64,000 nucleotides of DNA, from contig JAFSGN010000016.1 of the NCBI GenBank assembly GCA_017440805.1, positions 130,627 through 194,626 of the forward strand, given 5' to 3'. The position numbers were made by a program, and so were the translations under genes. The stretch comes from Clostridia bacterium. Its GTDB lineage: Bacteria > Bacillota > Clostridia > Oscillospirales > SIG627. The stretch's first letter is position 1. Every line of letters begins with the position of its first letter. Shown here one piece after another: positions 59,941 through 64,000 of the stretch. Below the pieces are notes generated by a model, which had not been told where the DNA came from, did no database searches, and saw only the letters and a list, made by a program, of their open reading frames with translations.

Positions 59941-60498
59941 TTAAACTCTTTCGAGGTATTCTCCTGTACGGGTATCAACCTTAACAACATCACCCTCATT
60001 TACAAACAGAGGAACTTTAATCTGTACGCCTGTTTCAAGAGTTACGGGCTTTGTAGCACCTGTGGCGGTATCACCCTTAACACCGGGTTCTGCCTCTGTT
60101 ACTGTAAGTTCCATAAACATGGGAGGTTCAACACCAAATACATTGCCCTGATAAGAAAGAATCTTACAGGTGGTGTTTTCTTTTACAAATTTGAAACTAT
60201 CGCCCAGAGTATCTGCATTGAGAGGAGTCTGCTCGTAAGTTTCGTTATCCATAAAATAGTAAAGTTCGCCGTCTGAATAGAGATATTCCATCTCACGACG
60301 CTCAATGTGTGCGGGGGGATATTTATCGGTAGGGCTGAATGTTTTTTCAATTACCGCACCTGTAATTACATTTCTGAGTTTTGTACGAACAAAAGCCGCA
60401 CCTTTTCCGGGTTTTACATGCTGGAATTCAATTACCTGCATTACGCTTCCGTCCATATCAAAAGTTACACCGTTTCTGAAATCGCCTGCTGTTACCAT
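59941..60498 (-). CDS. efp: translation elongation factor P
   Basis: The 185-aa protein carries [19 protein letters not shown], including the conserved modified-Lys loop, and a C-terminal [11 protein letters not shown]. Confidence 0.95.
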   Translation of the reverse strand: MVTAGDFRNGVTFDMDGSVMQVIEFQHVKPGKGAAFVRTKLRNVITGAVIEKTFSPTDKYPPAHIERREMEYLYSDGELYYFMDNETYEQTPLNADTLGDSFKFVKENTTCKILSYQGNVFGVEPPMFMELTVTEAEPGVKGDTATGATKPVTLETGVQIKVPLFVNEGDVVKVDTRTGEYLERV

Positions 60499-60659
60499 AA
60501 TGGTACCTCCAAATAATGTACATAATATTCATTATGAATATATTACACCATTTTTTGTAATAATTCTATACGATTTTTTGAACAAATTAAGAATTAGTAT
60601 AAAACTATTGAAATACTATCCACTTTCGGCGACATCCGATGATATTTTATCCAAACTGA

Positions 60660-60688
60660 TTGACAAAATACATTCACTGTGATATAAT
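60660..60688 (+). promoter_or_regulatory. consensus extended -10 sigma-A promoter
   Basis: TTGACA, a 17-nt spacer, then TATAAT preceded by TGa. It lies inside the 5' end of tracked ORF 60660..61490. Confidence 0.75.
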
Positions 60689-60704
60689 AGCGCTTGAAAA
60701 CGAT

Positions 60705-61490
60705 ATGAAAGGGAGAACTCCGTTGAAAAAAGAGTTCGAAAAGCAAAAAGACTCCTCATATATCGAGGGAATACTTTCGCTGGAAGCGGTATTTGAAACC
60801 GGCTCAAGAACGGTTGAAAAAATTTTTATATCCCGTGAAAAAGATTTTGAAAACGACAGAAAATTCAGACGGCTGAGGAACTATATAACAAAAAACAGCA
60901 CCCCGCTGGAATTTTGTGACAGTGATTTTTTCAACACCAACGCCATTGGTTCTACCCACGGCGGTGTAATGGCACAGGTGGGCAACCGCAAAACGACACA
61001 ATTAAAGGAACTGCTTGAAAATTCAAAGGGATTTGCCGTTCTGCTTGAAGGAATAGAAGACCCGTATAATTTCGGGTACTCGGTGCGTTCTCTGTATGCC
61101 GCGGGTGCCGACAGTCTTATTCTCACCCCGCGAAACTGGATGAGTGCCGCAGGAGTGTGCATACGGGCATCTGCAGGTACATCCGAGAAAATTTCCTGTG
61201 CAGTATGTGACAATTATAAAGAACTCGGAAATCTTGCAAAGCAACTTGGATATACAATATACTGTGCCGTTGAACCCTGTGAGGACAGTATTTCGATTTA
61301 TAAGGCAGAATTTAAAAAGCCTATGATTTTGGTTATAGGCGGTGAAAAAAGAGGAATTTCCGCTTCCCTTATGGAATGTTGTGACCGCAGAATCACAATT
61401 GAGTACGGTACGGATAATTTTTCAAACGCCCTTACCACAGCCGCAAGTTCTGCGGTTATCGGATTTGAAATTTTGAGAAGAGAAAAATAA
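60705..61490 (+). CDS. TrmH/SpoU-family RNA 2'-O-methyltransferase (RlmB-like)
   Basis: LLEGIEDPYNFG, VIGGEKRGIS and the C-terminal knot motif (...SNALTTAASSAVIGFE) are present. ATG 60705 is the first start downstream of the promoter. Confidence 0.75.
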   Translation: MKGRTPLKKEFEKQKDSSYIEGILSLEAVFETGSRTVEKIFISREKDFENDRKFRRLRNYITKNSTPLEFCDSDFFNTNAIGSTHGGVMAQVGNRKTTQLKELLENSKGFAVLLEGIEDPYNFGYSVRSLYAAGADSLILTPRNWMSAAGVCIRASAGTSEKISCAVCDNYKELGNLAKQLGYTIYCAVEPCEDSISIYKAEFKKPMILVIGGEKRGISASLMECCDRRITIEYGTDNFSNALTTAASSAVIGFEILRREK

Positions 61491-61523
61491 AACTAATGTT
61501 ACTTTCGGAGGGTAAATGGTAAC

Positions 61524-63416
61524 ATGAAGAAAAATCTTGCTATTTCAGGATTGCATGTTGGAGAGCACAGTTTTGTGCCCGAAAATCTCATTAATGAATT
61601 TGAAAGCCGCAATGTCAAAGACACAAGTTATCTGGTAATCCGTCCTTCAAGCGAACAGGTTGAACCCAAATATTTCTATGAATGGGCAAAATGGTGTGCG
61701 GACCATAAGGTTTATTTTATGACACTGTATACCATGCAGTATGCCCCCGAAGGTAAGGAAAGCCAGTTTACACCCGATGTCGTGGCGGAAATCAAAAAAA
61801 TTGCCGGTGAATATTTTATGGGTGATATTATCGGTGAAATCGGAACTCTGTACGGTGCCCGTCCCAAAGGCTACGGTGCATATATGAAACAGGGATTAGA
61901 CGACCTTAAAGACTGCCGTGACTATTTTCTTGACGCGACAAAGCACTATATGGATATTGCCGACAAACTGGGTATTCCCGCCGTTATGTCAGTTGAAGCA
62001 ACCGCACTGGTAAAATATGTGTGTGATGCCGGATGCGATATCCCCGGACTTGAAGTTATGCCGGGAGACCCTGAGTTTCTTATATCCCTTCTAAGAGGCT
62101 GTGCTTACTCTTACGGAAAGAATATCTGGGGAACATATATCGCTCACGAATGGTACGGCGGAATCCGCCAGGACGATTATCTCAAAGCACAAAGACTGAA
62201 AATTGCATACCGCTATACATACCTTTCGGGTTCACACATTGTATGTCTTGAATCGGGAGATGAAAAAATAGAAAGCCTTGGCTACAATTTTGATGCAGAC
62301 CACCCCATCTGTGCACAATACCGCCAAGAAATGGCAGACTGCGAAAAGCGTTTCAGGGAAATACCGAGAATTGCAGAAGAACCCTTGACAAAAGTTGCCC
62401 TTGTATACGGATATCTGGATGCATATACCGGATGGGAAGGAAACTGCATCTGGGAGCAGTACGACCGCGACGAATGGAGCATGGGCCCCAGCGAATGGTC
62501 ATGGCGTATAACCGCAGATTTAAGACATGCCCGTTCCTGGCAGGATATTGAAAACTTCGGCGACGATGACCTTTCAGGCTCGCCCGCCTACGGATTGTAC
62601 GATGTTGTACCTGCCGAAACCTCTGCCGAAAAACTTGCAAAATATGACACTGTCATATTTGTAGGCTGGAACAGTATGACACAGGAAATATACAACAATC
62701 TGAAAGAGTATGTAAAAAACGGAGGTCACATTTTCATAACCGCCGCACATCTTAACACAAATACAAAGCGTGACGGAAAATATGTACCCATAAACGACGG
62801 AAAAACATCAGATTTTCTGGGTTGTGACATAGCAGGTACCCAAAAACTCAATGCTGCCACAAAATTTCTCCGCGAATCTCTGGCAGATAACGTAATTTAT
62901 CCTGTTGTATACAACGGTTCCAATGACCCCATTTTGCCGGGCGGTACATTTACTGCCGCAAAACTTGAAAACATTACGGGCAGTATTGCAGCCGTTTGGA
63001 CAGACAATTACACCTCACCAAAAACCGAAGCTCTCTCCCTGACTCCCGACGGAACAGGACATTTTCTTAACGGAGAGGAAGATCTGGTTGAGCCGTCCAT
63101 AATTGAAAACAAGTACGGCAAAGGCGTTGTTACTTTCCTATCCACAGTGGATTATCCCGGATACGGTGCCGTTTATCCCATTTACCGTATGCTTACCCGT
63201 GAGTTCTTCACCGCTTCTCACCGCCGTTGCGACATCCATGTTAAATCAAGCGACAAACTCCGCTATTCTGTTTATCGTGACGGCAGCAAAGATATGTTAT
63301 GCCTTTTGAATACCGACTTTGTCAACCCGATTGTTGTTACGGTTGAAGCCTTCGGCAAAACATACCGTTACACCGTTGAACCCTGTGATTTGAAGATTGA
63401 GTATATAGAACACTGA
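61524..63416 (+). CDS. 630-aa cytoplasmic hypothetical protein (possibly glycoside-hydrolase-like)
   Basis: The long ORF has even coding-like composition and a GGAGGG RBS. I recognise no family motif. The function guess rests only on a segment resembling a GATase1-like or GH42-trimerisation module (VIFVGWNSM...GGHIFITAAH). Confidence 0.4.
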   Translation: MKKNLAISGLHVGEHSFVPENLINEFESRNVKDTSYLVIRPSSEQVEPKYFYEWAKWCADHKVYFMTLYTMQYAPEGKESQFTPDVVAEIKKIAGEYFMGDIIGEIGTLYGARPKGYGAYMKQGLDDLKDCRDYFLDATKHYMDIADKLGIPAVMSVEATALVKYVCDAGCDIPGLEVMPGDPEFLISLLRGCAYSYGKNIWGTYIAHEWYGGIRQDDYLKAQRLKIAYRYTYLSGSHIVCLESGDEKIESLGYNFDADHPICAQYRQEMADCEKRFREIPRIAEEPLTKVALVYGYLDAYTGWEGNCIWEQYDRDEWSMGPSEWSWRITADLRHARSWQDIENFGDDDLSGSPAYGLYDVVPAETSAEKLAKYDTVIFVGWNSMTQEIYNNLKEYVKNGGHIFITAAHLNTNTKRDGKYVPINDGKTSDFLGCDIAGTQKLNAATKFLRESLADNVIYPVVYNGSNDPILPGGTFTAAKLENITGSIAAVWTDNYTSPKTEALSLTPDGTGHFLNGEEDLVEPSIIENKYGKGVVTFLSTVDYPGYGAVYPIYRMLTREFFTASHRRCDIHVKSSDKLRYSVYRDGSKDMLCLLNTDFVNPIVVTVEAFGKTYRYTVEPCDLKIEYIEH

Positions 63417-63424
63417 TTAACCGC

Positions 63425-63467
63425 AAAAATCCCATTTAAAGTCTCTCGGCTTTAAATGGGATTTTTT
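63425..63467. terminator. bidirectional terminator
   Basis: A 17-bp stem AAAAATCCCATTTAAAG/CTTTAAATGGGATTTTT has an 8-nt loop. Confidence 0.85.
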
Positions 63468-63475
63468 GTGCTTTT

Positions 63476-64000
63476 TTATTTTTCGTACGGAGGACAGATG
63501 TCGCAGAAGTTTCCGTTTATCATGACTTTATCCACCGTATGATATGAAATGTCTCCTCTGAAGAAAACAAGGTCTGCATCCTTGCCTTTTTCCACCGAAC
63601 CTACAATTGAATCAATACCCAGCATCTGGGCAGGATTTATAGTTACAGCACGAAGCGATTCCATATAGTCCATTCCGCAGTGGTGACATATTTCAGCACT
63701 CAGAAGAAGATACTGGCTGACAAGTTCCGGGTGGTCGGTTACAATGGCAACTTTAACTCCGCTTTTTGAAAGTATTGCCGCCGTTTTGGGTGAAAAATTT
63801 TTAAGTTCCGGTTTGGAACGGTCTCCTATAACTGGGCCTATAAACGCCTCGCACTTTTCCTCGCCCAAAATGTCGGATATAAGATGTCCCTCGGTGCAGT
63901 GCACAATTTTATACTTAAATCCAAAAGTCTTTGCAAGTCTTATTGCGGTGAATATATCGTCTGCCCTGTGGGCGTGTATATGTGCGGGAATCTGCCCCCT
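63476..64000 (-). CDS. amidohydrolase-superfamily protein, 5'-truncated at window edge
   Basis: The frame stays open beyond the tracked start to nt 64000 (...RGQIPAHIHAHRADDIFTAIRLAKTFGFKYKIVHCTEGH...). The HxH-type and TDHP metal-ligand contexts and the GSVEKGKDADLV tail are typical of this superfamily. Confidence 0.7.
   Translation of the reverse strand, partial: RGQIPAHIHAHRADDIFTAIRLAKTFGFKYKIVHCTEGHLISDILGEEKCEAFIGPVIGDRSKPELKNFSPKTAAILSKSGVKVAIVTDHPELVSQYLLLSAEICHHCGMDYMESLRAVTINPAQMLGIDSIVGSVEKGKDADLVFFRGDISYHTVDKVMINGNFCDICPPYEK

Overview
This is a 64-kb chromosomal segment from a moderately AT-rich Firmicute. spo0A, rny with ymdB, ECF S-components and lepA-hemW suggest a Clostridia-type anaerobe; that taxonomy is inference only. 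I can support about 52 protein genes, and two of them are truncated at the window edges. There is one minus-strand cluster of 5 tRNAs (Gly-Arg-His-Met-Glu), a cobalamin riboswitch, a glmS ribozyme, several near-consensus sigma-A promoters and many intrinsic terminators. I saw no rRNA, CRISPR array, transposase, integrase or phage genes. Most content is housekeeping: upp, cysK, guaB, polA, nth, maf, smpB, lepA, hemW, efp, rny, gpmI, glmS and glmM. It also carries feoAB, PiT with a DUF47 partner, a P1B ATPase and a sugar ABC transporter. Five things deserve a second look. (1) A gene-free 470-nt region (21278-21753) holds an array of sequence-unrelated perfect hairpins separated by an invariant GTGATAT heptamer. 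(2) The Spo0A orthologue has lost the phospho-acceptor Asp and two other catalytic receiver residues. (3) A single 2406-aa GT84-GH94 cyclic beta-1,2-glucan-synthase-like gene stands alone. (4) Two identical 18-bp palindromic boxes sit in the feoAB control region, and a 50-codon Cys-rich gene downstream of feoB is missing from the ORF track. (5) A B12 riboswitch precedes a lipoprotein and an orphan ECF S-component. I found no clearly novel multi-gene system. All calls rest on reading motifs by eye, with no database search.
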